From a virus, in the IMG/VR virus record IMGVR_UViG_3300028182_000001, positions 94,404 to 158,403 of that record: a stretch of DNA of 64,000 nt; one strand, written 5' to 3'. Below the pieces are notes generated by a model that ran no database searches, had not been told where the DNA came from, and saw nothing but the letters and a program-made list of their open reading frames with translations. Positions 29,208 through 38,810 of this stretch are shown here, piece by piece (position 1 is the stretch's first letter; each line of letters begins with the position of its first letter). The position numbers were made by a program, and so were the translations under genes.

Positions 29208-29978
29208 GTGGTAGCTAAAAAAGGATTGAAGGACGAGAAGGTTGGCGTTAAAGTAGTTAGTACAGAAGGTTATACAATGGAGTGCGTTGACTACAATTCG
29301 TATACTGATATCACCGTTCGATTTGAAGATGGTCACGAAGTTAAATCTACTTGGCATAACTTCACGAAAGGAAGTATCAAGAACGTATATCACAAGTCTG
29401 TATATGGTGTTGGTTACATAGGTGAAGGTGACTACTCTTCAAAAGGTTACAGGACTCCGAAGTTTCCTATGTATCGGTCTTGGATATCTATGATGCGAAG
29501 ATGTTACAGTGATACAGATAATCCTAGAGATAGAGCATATAAACAATGTAGCGTTAACTCTATATGGCATAATTTTCAGAACTTCTGTCTATGGTATGAG
29601 TATAATTACTATGAGATAGAAGGAGAGACTATGTGTCTCGATAAAGATATACTGGTTAAAGGTAACAAAACATATGCACCGAAGACTGCTGTGTTTGTTC
29701 CTGAGTCAATTAACAAACTGTTCCTAACACGTAAGGACAAGAGAGGTCACTTACCTATAGGTGTGTACGAGAGACCAAATGGAAAGTTTGGAGCTTACCT
29801 GAGTAAGGGTGATAAGAGAGTACATCTAGGGTATTTCGGTATACCTCATGAAGCTTTCCTAGCCTACAAAGAAGCGAAGGAACAGCACATAAAGGAAGTA
29901 GCAGAAAAGTACAAGCACCATATTCCTATCAAGTTATATGACGCATTACTACGTTATGAGGTAGAGATGGATGACTAG
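29208..29978 (+). CDS. HNH-type homing endonuclease, paralog of 27602
   Basis: Same length and motifs (WHNFQNF, GETMCLDKDI). Confidence 0.8.
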   Translation: MVAKKGLKDEKVGVKVVSTEGYTMECVDYNSYTDITVRFEDGHEVKSTWHNFTKGSIKNVYHKSVYGVGYIGEGDYSSKGYRTPKFPMYRSWISMMRRCYSDTDNPRDRAYKQCSVNSIWHNFQNFCLWYEYNYYEIEGETMCLDKDILVKGNKTYAPKTAVFVPESINKLFLTRKDKRGHLPIGVYERPNGKFGAYLSKGDKRVHLGYFGIPHEAFLAYKEAKEQHIKEVAEKYKHHIPIKLYDALLRYEVEMDD

Positions 29979-30510
29979 AAAGAAGACAGGTAAACCGAAC
30001 TCTGTAACCCGATCAATAGCTAGGGGTGCCGCTGCTCGGGGAGACGGAGTTAATGGTGTTCACGAAAACGGGAAAGATGCCTATAAGCGCTCTAGGCAAA
30101 GCACAAAAGGTAACTATCGTATAGCGTTCACCGAACTATTCGAGAAGGTTACAGAGCGTGATTTAAGCCTTAAACATACATATGCAAAAGATTTACTCTC
30201 TAACTACCTGAAAGTCCCTGTAGATATGATTACATTAAAGGTAAAGAGGAAGCCACAACAGACTCTAACCAGCGTAGACGAAGTATTCTATGTGAAAGTA
30301 GGATCGGATATCTACGGTAAAGTATCTATACGGGTTCAACGTGTATTAAGAGGTAACATGCTTATATTCGTCTTCCAAGAGAAGAAGGCTGCGCTTAAAC
30401 CACCTACTAAGTCTTACAGCAGGAAGACTGGATTCAAGAAGAAAACATCCAGTCAAATAAGTCAGACGAAACGAAAGTCTTACCATTCACGACAAGGAGG
30501 AACAAATTAA
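29971..30510 (+). CDS. Basic protein, possibly nucleic-acid binding
   Basis: Lys/Arg-rich; RBS. Confidence 0.7.
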   Translation: MTRKKTGKPNSVTRSIARGAAARGDGVNGVHENGKDAYKRSRQSTKGNYRIAFTELFEKVTERDLSLKHTYAKDLLSNYLKVPVDMITLKVKRKPQQTLTSVDEVFYVKVGSDIYGKVSIRVQRVLRGNMLIFVFQEKKAALKPPTKSYSRKTGFKKKTSSQISQTKRKSYHSRQGGTN

Positions 30511-31364
30511 TGCAGATTCCAAACTTACCAACAAAACAAGGTTCACTAGAAATGTTACAAGGGCTGTTAAAGGATAAACGAAAGAGTGTATACGGTGTAT
30601 TCTATACGAATGATTACTTCAGTCAACGTTACCTTTGCCGTAACCACGTATTAGCCGATGAGGTGAACATTGAAGACAAGACAGTTAAACTAAAGATTGC
30701 TACACGAGTAGAGCACGCAGGTCTATGGGAACTAGAGAATACGTTAGATGCTTTAGTTCATTTCGAAGCAGGAGACATTCCTGGATACGATTATACAGAC
30801 GAGAACGCTACGATCCCTACAGTACCTGAACCGATATCTGTAGTAAAGAGTCTATTCAGTATCGACCTAGTATTGATTATGAAAGAACCGTCAATTACAT
30901 ACCAATCATTCGAAATTGCGGGAGCTAAATTCCTGTTAATGAATATCCATCTTGTACTAGAGGATAGCGAAGGAGACTTTGAACAACAAGTTACACTATT
31001 GTTCGGGGACTCAGGAAAGTTAAGCTTATTCTCTCACTTCTACGACAAGGAACTAGAGTATGAGGATATCCGTACGCTGCTACATCTAATCATGGATAAG
31101 AACATCACAGGTAAAGCTATCCTAGGTGTGCAGTCTATCAGTAAATCAGGAGCGATGTGTTCACTAAGTCCTGATAACGAGCAGATTAGTTCATGGGTGA
31201 CAGCAGAAGACCAGTATACATTCGGTTCAGGTCTAAGCTTCATTAGTATCCCTTACATGACACTGAAGACATATAAGCTAAAGCTTGATTCAAGTATCAC
31301 GATGGGGTACCATTTAGAACTAACAAACGATGAGCATAAATTAGAAATCTTCATGGAGAACTAG
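30510..31364 (+). CDS. Hypothetical protein
   Basis: TAATG coupling; terminator at 31359-31382. Confidence 0.8.
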   Translation: MQIPNLPTKQGSLEMLQGLLKDKRKSVYGVFYTNDYFSQRYLCRNHVLADEVNIEDKTVKLKIATRVEHAGLWELENTLDALVHFEAGDIPGYDYTDENATIPTVPEPISVVKSLFSIDLVLIMKEPSITYQSFEIAGAKFLLMNIHLVLEDSEGDFEQQVTLLFGDSGKLSLFSHFYDKELEYEDIRTLLHLIMDKNITGKAILGVQSISKSGAMCSLSPDNEQISSWVTAEDQYTFGSGLSFISIPYMTLKTYKLKLDSSITMGYHLELTNDEHKLEIFMEN

Positions 31365-31690
31365 GGACTATCCCTAGTTTTTCTTTATATTTACGATCCT
31401 ACAGAGCCATTTTAAGTAGAAAAAAGTACACTACTTAGTACAGTTAAATTTGGGGTTCTAAACTGATTTTTCGGTACCAATCGTAAACGACCTGATTTCG
31501 TACAAGATATTCCACATTCTTAAACGATAAAAAAGTATACAACGTAGTGGAACTTTTAAACTATTTACGAAAAAGTTTAAAATTCACTGTATGATTTACT
31601 ATATTATACGTAGACGTTGATACAACAGTATTCGAGGGACAATTTCCCCTATTTAAGATGTGAATATATTCGAAAGGGTTGGGATTTAAA

Positions 31691-32413
31691 ATGGCAGGAA
31701 ACGATAAAAAGAAATTAGGATCAAGTAGTGTATTAGTGCAGTTGTATAAGAATAAAAAGTTATGTACGAAAGTAGATAACATGCTAGATGAGGGACTAAC
31801 ATACGACTATATCATAGAGTTCTGTAACGATAATGACTTCAGTATTTCGAAAGCTTCATTAACAAACTACAAAAAGAAACGTGAAGAAGCAATCGAAAAA
31901 GGAGTACCACTACTTCAGTTACTGGACAAGCGTGCAAAGGATAACGTCACATACATTTCAGATAAACAAGTAAATGAATTTTGGAAGTCACCTGAAGACG
32001 GATCGGAAGAGTCTATGTCAGTTGCTTCAGTTACAGACATGACTAAAGTAGGTACAATCTTTAACGATTTAGAACTACTAGATGAGATTATTAAAAAGGG
32101 TGCAAAAGGGTTACAGGCTTTTGACGTGGTGGATACACCGTTGGCGATGAAAGCTATCGAACTGAAAGCAAAGATTACGAATAACCAATTATCAGGTCTA
32201 TCTATTGCAGGTCTACGTGAGATTAAATTACGTCAAACTGCAAAAGAAACGGCAATGATGCAAGTCATCATGAGTTACGTTTCCGAAGATAAGCATGACC
32301 AGTTATTTGAAGACTTAGACCTTGCGGAGAAAGAGTTCTACGAGAACTTAGACCTTACTGAGGAAGACAAACGTATCAGTAAAGCACTTGAATCTGCTGG
32401 TCTAGGAATATAA
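31691..32413 (+). CDS. Phage protein with HTH-like N-terminus
   Basis: DNMLDEGLTYDYIIEFC...ISKASLTNY; ATG 31691 is the likelier start. Confidence 0.7.
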   Translation: MAGNDKKKLGSSSVLVQLYKNKKLCTKVDNMLDEGLTYDYIIEFCNDNDFSISKASLTNYKKKREEAIEKGVPLLQLLDKRAKDNVTYISDKQVNEFWKSPEDGSEESMSVASVTDMTKVGTIFNDLELLDEIIKKGAKGLQAFDVVDTPLAMKAIELKAKITNNQLSGLSIAGLREIKLRQTAKETAMMQVIMSYVSEDKHDQLFEDLDLAEKEFYENLDLTEEDKRISKALESAGLGI

Positions 32414-32427
32414 GGAGGGAATAGCCA

Positions 32428-32907
32428 ATGAGTGGAGTAGTTGATGTTACACAGTATGAGAAGATTGACTACGTGGCGTACACATCGTTACGTGATAAGT
32501 TAGAAGCGCTTCTGAGGGGAGAGGTGCTTCTTGTTAAAAACTTCGAGCGCAGAATGAATCTTGATGTACTCATTCGAGTAGTGGATAAACGATTCACTGT
32601 AACGCAGATGACGTACGATATCGTAGAAGACCCAAGCAATGCGAGATACTGGGTTACATTTAATGTAGGGATCAATGACTTATCGTTATTCTCTGTCTTC
32701 AAATTCGAGGATAAAATCTTCAGTTATACGAATAAGTTCAGAATAGACGACCGAGTGGATTACATTAGTGCTACAGGTAAAAAGGACGCGGCCATTGTAG
32801 AAGAAGTATACATATCCAAGACCGATCCTGAAGTGTTTGCTTACAAACTATCCAGGGAAGATAACTTATATGAAGAGAAGGATTTAATCGCAATCCGTCC
32901 TATGTAA
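32428..32907 (+). CDS. Hypothetical protein
   Basis: ORF with RBS. Confidence 0.75.
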   Translation: MSGVVDVTQYEKIDYVAYTSLRDKLEALLRGEVLLVKNFERRMNLDVLIRVVDKRFTVTQMTYDIVEDPSNARYWVTFNVGINDLSLFSVFKFEDKIFSYTNKFRIDDRVDYISATGKKDAAIVEEVYISKTDPEVFAYKLSREDNLYEEKDLIAIRPM

Positions 32908-32940
32908 TACAGAGTCTAAAAAACTCTGTATTTTTTTTTT
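32907..32940 (+). terminator. Rho-independent terminator
   Basis: ATACAGAGT-loop-ACTCTGTAT followed by a T run. Confidence 0.9.
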
Positions 32941-32950
32941 GTTTATTTTG

Positions 32951-32980
32951 TTGACAGTAGGACAACCTATATGATATTCT
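32951..32980 (+). promoter_or_regulatory. sigmaA-type promoter
   Basis: TTGACA-N18-TATTCT. Confidence 0.8.
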
Positions 32981-33025
32981 TTGGTTACAGAAGTTATTAC
33001 AGTTTTTTGAGGAGGAAAGAAAGTC

Positions 33026-33622
33026 ATGAGTAAAGTTGAAAAGCTAAACACCGAGACAGACTTTAGAGAAGAGGATAGTCTCTTCCAACCAACACTACAT
33101 ACAGTAAGTCAGCAAGAAGAAAAAATCGCAAAGGACTACCAAAACGGTTTAGGGATTACTGACCTAACGAAGAAGTACGATGTATCAGTTGGTACAGTGT
33201 ACAACGCACTACGTAGACAAAAGGTTACACTTCGAAAAGGGATGTACAATTCACGAGCAGGTAATCGTTTGCTCACAATGACAACTTTAGAGAAAGATAG
33301 TTTAGTAGAAGATTACTTATCAGGTATGGCAATGACTGCAATTTATAAAAAGCACCGTATCAATAAGCATGGCTGCTACACGATCCTAGATGAGCGCAGT
33401 GTCGCAAGACGAGGTGGTTCACGAATGGGAGCAGGTAAGAAGGTTGAGAAGGAACAAGATAGTGAGCAATTAGATTTACTCCTCGATGCGTTAGAGACTG
33501 GTAAGATTCGAGATATAGAAGCTCACATCGAGGGTGAGACACTTCATGTGAAAGTTACAGTCATTCCTACGGTAAAGTTAGAGAGCATCAATGTAGTAAT
33601 TAAACAAGAGGAGGACAAATAA
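33026..33622 (+). CDS. Protein with two tandem HTH repeats
   Basis: DYQNGLGITDLTKKYDVS.GTVYNAL and DYLSGMAMTAIYKKH.I. Confidence 0.75.
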   Translation: MSKVEKLNTETDFREEDSLFQPTLHTVSQQEEKIAKDYQNGLGITDLTKKYDVSVGTVYNALRRQKVTLRKGMYNSRAGNRLLTMTTLEKDSLVEDYLSGMAMTAIYKKHRINKHGCYTILDERSVARRGGSRMGAGKKVEKEQDSEQLDLLLDALETGKIRDIEAHIEGETLHVKVTVIPTVKLESINVVIKQEEDK

Positions 33623-33623
33623 T

Positions 33624-34253
33624 ATGCCAAGTTCATATACGCAAGGAATTGTTGATGGGAGAGAACGTACAGGTAAAGCATATCTAATTCGTTATGCAAA
33701 AGGATTAGCAGCTTTCAATCACATGGGTGGTAAACCGATGGAAACTTACCCTGAGTTCCAAAAGCTTGATGTGCAACGTTACCATAATACCATCAAACAT
33801 TTAGAGGATGAATTATTCGAGGTTACCCATTTAGGTGAGTGGGGGTTAAACTCTCGATGGAAAGAAGCTAATCTTGACGAGCAGTTAAAGTTCAACAAAC
33901 AAGCTAAAGCAGATGTAGACCTGCGTAACCGATATGATAGAGTTATCGAAGAAGTTGAAGTGTGGGAGCCAAACACGGATCGTTTAAAGAAAATGAAGGA
34001 AGATGCGTTAGCGCACCTGAAGTATGTTCGTGAGTATGACTGTCGACCTGTGGATTGGAAAGAAACAGAGAGCAGCCTGTATAAGCCAATCCACTACGCT
34101 ACACCTGAAGATTGGCAGAAAGATACAATCGAATCGTTAAAGAAGCAAATAGCGTTCAATAAAGAACAGTTAGCAGGGGAGATTAAACGTACACACGTTA
34201 ACAATCTATTTATCTCCGATTTCATTTCTTCATTGGAGGGTATAGGACAATGA
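33624..34253 (+). CDS. Hypothetical protein
   Basis: ORF with RBS. Confidence 0.75.
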   Translation: MPSSYTQGIVDGRERTGKAYLIRYAKGLAAFNHMGGKPMETYPEFQKLDVQRYHNTIKHLEDELFEVTHLGEWGLNSRWKEANLDEQLKFNKQAKADVDLRNRYDRVIEEVEVWEPNTDRLKKMKEDALAHLKYVREYDCRPVDWKETESSLYKPIHYATPEDWQKDTIESLKKQIAFNKEQLAGEIKRTHVNNLFISDFISSLEGIGQ

Positions 34254-34570
34254 AAGTAGTCGATCCGATGAAAGTTGCGCTTGTTCTCGACTATCTACAT
34301 AGAGGTGGAGAACTTCGCATAGGACAAACAACGTTCGTGTGGTTGCACAATGAAAAGGTAGGTGAGTCCGAAACACACGAGTACTTCATTGATGGATTGG
34401 CTCGTAAAATGACCAGTACGAACTTATCTACTGGTGAAGAGTCTCCCCATTATATGGGATGCAAGGATATGACCTTACCGTACTTCTTCGATATACTGGA
34501 CAACATTGAAATTGCCGTATACACGGAAATGTTAGTTAATCTAAAACAGATGAGGGAGGGGAAACTATGA
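34250..34570 (+). CDS. Hypothetical protein
   Basis: ATGA overlap. Confidence 0.7.
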   Translation: MKVVDPMKVALVLDYLHRGGELRIGQTTFVWLHNEKVGESETHEYFIDGLARKMTSTNLSTGEESPHYMGCKDMTLPYFFDILDNIEIAVYTEMLVNLKQMREGKL

Positions 34571-34800
34571 ATCTAAAGAAAAAGGATAACACAGGTTCTT
34601 CATTCTACGTGGCAATAGCAGGTCTAGTACTATTCCTGCTTGCGGCCATTGTAGCTCTACTGTTTGCTTGCTTACCGATGGGTGTTATATGGTTTGTTCT
34701 CGTAGGAATACTGGAATATGATATCTCAGTTCGAGTGGTCTACTGGATTGTATACGGGTTTACGTTAATATTTGTCATTATAATGGCAATAGAAGACTAG
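34567..34800 (+). CDS. Small membrane protein
   Basis: Hydrophobic; RBS. Confidence 0.75.
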   Translation: MNLKKKDNTGSSFYVAIAGLVLFLLAAIVALLFACLPMGVIWFVLVGILEYDISVRVVYWIVYGFTLIFVIIMAIED

Positions 34801-34811
34801 GAGGGAAAAGG

Positions 34812-35024
34812 ATGAAAGGTGTAGGAGTTATAATTGGTTCGTTGATTGGGCTGGCTATCGTTGGTTTAGTGGCGTTGTTCTACTCATTAGTACCTGCGGC
34901 CATGATTTGGATTATCGCAACACAGGCATTCAGTTTTGACACGACATTCAAAGGGATTTACTGGGCTACATTCTTCGTAATGTTCCTGTTACTTCTATTC
35001 AAGGGGATCGCAAAAGAAAAATAA
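34812..35024 (+). CDS. Small membrane protein, similar layout to preceding gene
   Basis: Shared P...IW...YW pattern. Confidence 0.75.
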   Translation: MKGVGVIIGSLIGLAIVGLVALFYSLVPAAMIWIIATQAFSFDTTFKGIYWATFFVMFLLLLFKGIAKEK

Positions 35025-35106
35025 GTGGTATAAAAGGGTATGTTAGAGGATATAATGACTGTAACATACCCTATAAAATAGAAACAAAAATTTTTTTAAA
35101 TAGTTG

Positions 35107-35135
35107 TTGACTATAAGAAAACAACATGATAAGAT
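35107..35135 (+). promoter_or_regulatory. sigmaA-type promoter
   Basis: TTGACT-N17-TAAGAT. Confidence 0.85.
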
Positions 35136-35177
35136 AAAGACAGTTAAAACAAACCAATTAATTAGGAGGAAACAAAA

Positions 35178-35885
35178 ATGACAAAAGTACAAGTGAAACA
35201 TAATAAAACTGGTGAGGTAGCAGTAATCGTAGAAAATCAATCAGGTGTTGTAACAGTAGTAAAGAACGGGCAAGAGGTAACATTAGCTAATCAAACGGTA
35301 CAAACAATTGAAGCACAGTTCAACGAAGCAGGTTGGGTAACAGTAACACCTGAAACGGAATTATTCGAAGCTTCACACAAACAAGTGATTCAAGTGGACG
35401 ATGTAACATTAGTAACGGAAGTAAACAAAGCAGGTGGGACAAACGTTGTAGATGTAACAGAAGAAGAAAACGAAGATGACTTGATCCCTGCTAAAATTAA
35501 AAAGGACTTAGACGAGTTCCTTAAATTACATGCAGAAGCTGCTAAGTTAAAAACACAAATGGATAAACTGAAAAAGGGTGTACGTGAGTACATGGATAAA
35601 AACGACCTTACAGAGGTTAAAGGATCGAACGGTAAGAAAGTAGTCCTACAAGAAGGTATGAAGTCTAATTCATCTTCACTGTTCACTGATTACAACTTCA
35701 CGGATGTAGCAGCGGCCCTTAACGACAACGACTTACTGAAAGAGGTTACGGAAGTACGTATCAATGGTGACAAGCTAAAAGGTCTTCTAGGTCTAGGTAA
35801 ACTTCCTAAAGAGAAAGTGGAAGAAATCAAAGGACTTAAAATCGCAATCGAAGCTTCACCGAAATTCGTAGTAAAAAATAACTAA
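35178..35885 (+). CDS. Hypothetical protein
   Basis: Strong RBS; hairpin at 35892-35909 follows. Confidence 0.8.
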   Translation: MTKVQVKHNKTGEVAVIVENQSGVVTVVKNGQEVTLANQTVQTIEAQFNEAGWVTVTPETELFEASHKQVIQVDDVTLVTEVNKAGGTNVVDVTEEENEDDLIPAKIKKDLDEFLKLHAEAAKLKTQMDKLKKGVREYMDKNDLTEVKGSNGKKVVLQEGMKSNSSSLFTDYNFTDVAAALNDNDLLKEVTEVRINGDKLKGLLGLGKLPKEKVEEIKGLKIAIEASPKFVVKNN

Positions 35886-35931
35886 TTACATAGGGGCTTC
35901 GTGCCCCTTACCTTTAAAGGGGGAAACGGAA

Positions 35932-36117
35932 ATGGACGGAATGATTTCAGTTTGGGTTAATAAGGAAAACTATGATACGTACGAAAACGGTGAAGTAGCT
36001 ATAGGTTGGGCTACACAAATGGGTGAATGGGTTATAAACTTAATGGTTCCAATTAAACAGGTAACAGGTATGCAGGACTGGGGTAGAGAAGGATTGGAAA
36101 TAAATATCCAAAGGTAG
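35932..36117 (+). CDS. Hypothetical protein
   Basis: ORF with RBS. Confidence 0.7.
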   Translation: MDGMISVWVNKENYDTYENGEVAIGWATQMGEWVINLMVPIKQVTGMQDWGREGLEINIQR

Positions 36118-36126
36118 GGGATTGTA

Positions 36127-36375
36127 ATGGACGAGAAGAAAGCCGTAGTAGTTGGTAGCTGCGCTTCACTCGGTTGGTCAGACTTACATTTAGATGATGG
36201 GGTTCTAGTTGTGTGGGATTCAGCAGAAGCGTTACAACCTAAACCACAAAGCTTCTCAATGGAATCACTGATACAGTATACAACAGTAGAAATGGAAGAA
36301 ATTAAGGAAAAAGCAGAGAAGAGAGCGCAGGATCAGTTTAAAAAGATGCTATCAAAACCAAGACGAAAACGATAA
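36127..36375 (+). CDS. Hypothetical protein
   Basis: ORF track. Confidence 0.7.
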   Translation: MDEKKAVVVGSCASLGWSDLHLDDGVLVVWDSAEALQPKPQSFSMESLIQYTTVEMEEIKEKAEKRAQDQFKKMLSKPRRKR

Positions 36376-36389
36376 GGGAGATGTTAATT

Positions 36390-36950
36390 ATGAATACAAA
36401 CAAATTATTAGGATTCGGTAAAACTTACGGGCTAGGTAAAGGACTACGATTCTCAGGGATTGACGTTACAGATTCTTCAGATTATATCAGTGTAATGGTT
36501 AGCGACATGGACGAGAGAGCTTTAGTAAAGGACGTTATTGATAGCTACGTAGGTACAACTATCCGTTCTAAATGGATTCACCGAGTGGACGCTACTATAC
36601 TGAATGAACTTTCTGAGATGGCTAATTCTCACGAACATATTGAGGAACGTGTTGACCACTATACAAACGAAGACGATCCGACTCGTTGCAACTGGACTGA
36701 CATCGAGGGTATTGACTATGGTTGGAAGTGGACGAAGTATCCTGACAATCCTGAGAAGGTAGCAGAAATACTTCGTGACGACATTCACGAGTTTATTGAG
36801 TCTACTGTAACGGACATAAACAACGGTGTAAACATATTTGTAGTGGCGGTGGAATTTGGTGACAGAGTTACGTATCATTTCATTGGTCGCCCACGATTAA
36901 CTGCTGATATTATTTATACATTTGCAGATAGCGAAATAGATTTATTCTAA
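36390..36950 (+). CDS. Hypothetical protein
   Basis: ATG 36390 after GGAG; start context identical to 19987. Confidence 0.75.
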   Translation: MNTNKLLGFGKTYGLGKGLRFSGIDVTDSSDYISVMVSDMDERALVKDVIDSYVGTTIRSKWIHRVDATILNELSEMANSHEHIEERVDHYTNEDDPTRCNWTDIEGIDYGWKWTKYPDNPEKVAEILRDDIHEFIESTVTDINNGVNIFVVAVEFGDRVTYHFIGRPRLTADIIYTFADSEIDLF

Positions 36951-36965
36951 TAAGGAGGGGTTGAA

Positions 36966-37373
36966 GTGGCAGAGAAGTGGCTTACCTGTGGTGGGGATCA
37001 ACAATGGATGTCTGAATCAGAATATATGTATATGAACGAGGACATTACCATTGATCCTGAGGAAAAGGACTATGAGGAACAGGAGTACAGAAAACGTGAC
37101 AAGGCTAGTAAGTTAATTAGACGACTAGCCTTACGTGGTAGACGTATGAGAAATAGTGGTGTGGTTGTACTAGATGTACTGCGTCTCGATGAGTTAGGGT
37201 CACTAGCTAGAGCTGCTTTAGAGGTTGATACCTACAATAGGAAGTACCTCAAGACGGCTTTAGACATCATCAACGGTAGAGCTGGCTACCTGTCACTTCA
37301 AAATAAGCGTTTAGTATTAATGGGGTTTATAAGACCTTACGTAGATATCAGAGTATTAACATTTTCGGAATGA
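36966..37373 (+). CDS. Hypothetical protein
   Basis: GTG start; AAGGAGG RBS. Confidence 0.75.
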   Translation: MAEKWLTCGGDQQWMSESEYMYMNEDITIDPEEKDYEEQEYRKRDKASKLIRRLALRGRRMRNSGVVVLDVLRLDELGSLARAALEVDTYNRKYLKTALDIINGRAGYLSLQNKRLVLMGFIRPYVDIRVLTFSE

Positions 37374-37385
37374 GGAGGAACTATA

Positions 37386-37865
37386 ATGGAGCTATTAAAA
37401 GATGGGGCACCAACACCTTACGTAGATAAGAACGGTCTAAAAATTCTTATGGGGGACAAAGTTGAGCTAGAAGGTCATGAGTTTGATGTGACTCAGAACT
37501 GCTTCAGTGGTAAGATTGTAATTGATGGTGATACAGGACAGGAATCTTTAGAAACGTTAGCGTATATGTGTGAGGTTATCCTGGTTAACCGACTACCTAT
37601 CGGAGCACCTGATGTCTGTTTAAGTAGTAAGTATAAGGACGCAGACGATGTACTAAAACATATTTGGGAACTACGTAATAAGTTTGCTACTAAGTACGGT
37701 ATGCACGTAATGCCGAACACGGTGTATCTAGGTGAGAACTTAGTAACGGTACTAAATGACAATCACCCGTATACTAACAACGTAAAGGATGTATTCGGTA
37801 TGACCATCATCGAAGTAATGCCAACAGACCATATGTCTTTAGGTACTACCATGACGAAGCACTAG
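37386..37865 (+). CDS. Protein with YopX-like N-terminal motif
   Basis: DKNGLKILMGDKV. Confidence 0.6.
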   Translation: MELLKDGAPTPYVDKNGLKILMGDKVELEGHEFDVTQNCFSGKIVIDGDTGQESLETLAYMCEVILVNRLPIGAPDVCLSSKYKDADDVLKHIWELRNKFATKYGMHVMPNTVYLGENLVTVLNDNHPYTNNVKDVFGMTIIEVMPTDHMSLGTTMTKH

Positions 37866-37888
37866 AGCGCACAGACGCTCTTTTTTTT
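37864..37888 (+). terminator. Rho-independent terminator
   Basis: AGAGCG-N5-CGCTCT followed by Ts. Confidence 0.85.
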
Positions 37889-38031
37889 ATACCTATATCG
37901 TCCGATCCGTAACCTATAGGGTATGCTGTAACTTATAAAAAAATTACAAAATAATATAGACAAGCGTTAGAAACCTGTGCTACACTGATTACAGATAAGT
38001 TATCTAGAATAACTCAGGGAGTGGTAGTAGC

Positions 38032-38802
38032 ATGAATAAGAAAAGGGCAGGTAGCACTTACACCTTCGCCAATAAGGTACTAACTAAGGAAGAAACATAC
38101 GAACTAATTGAAAGGTCACAAGCAGGAGAGGAGGAAGCGACAGAATCATTAGTCGAACACAATGCTCGTCTTGTCAATTACGTGGTAAGACGTAAAAGCA
38201 ATCCGTATCACGAATACGATGACATGTTTCAATTAGGGATGATTGGACTAATCACTGCTATAGCGAAGTTCGATATCTCAAAAGGATTACAGTTTTCCAC
38301 TTATGCGGTCCGATGGATTGACGCAGAGATAGGGAACTACTTGAAGAACAGAACTTCTATTCTAAAGGTTCCGAGGGAGATTGGTGCAGTAGTCAACAAA
38401 ATCCTTGCAACGAAGTTGAAGAACGAGGAACCAGCTATTATAATGGAGAAGTTACAATTCGATGAAAAACAATTAAACAACGTTACAATTGCTTTAGAGG
38501 TTATACACAATGAAGTCATTAGTTTGGACAAGCCGACAGGTGAAGATAAAGATGATCCCTTGGCCGCACGCATTGGTCAAGATATAAACAAAGACTGGTT
38601 CTCGGATATCTCATTTTACGATATTATTAGAGTCCTAGATAGTAAAGAACAATCCGTACTTACGTTAGCATACGTGTACGACCAATCGGAATCAAACATT
38701 GCAACTATGCTAGGTACATATTCAGTCCAAGTATCTCGATTAAAGAGACGGGCACTTAAAAAACTACGAGAGCGTTATACATACGAGGAGTTGATAAACT
38801 AA
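38032..38802 (+). CDS. Sporulation-type (sigmaF/G-like) sigma70 factor
   Basis: SQAGEEEA..LVEHNARLV, DDMFQLGMIGL..AI.KFD...FSTYAV, KVPR; region 4 QVSRL. Confidence 0.9.
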   Translation: MNKKRAGSTYTFANKVLTKEETYELIERSQAGEEEATESLVEHNARLVNYVVRRKSNPYHEYDDMFQLGMIGLITAIAKFDISKGLQFSTYAVRWIDAEIGNYLKNRTSILKVPREIGAVVNKILATKLKNEEPAIIMEKLQFDEKQLNNVTIALEVIHNEVISLDKPTGEDKDDPLAARIGQDINKDWFSDISFYDIIRVLDSKEQSVLTLAYVYDQSESNIATMLGTYSVQVSRLKRRALKKLRERYTYEELIN

Positions 38803-38810
38803 AATAAGGG

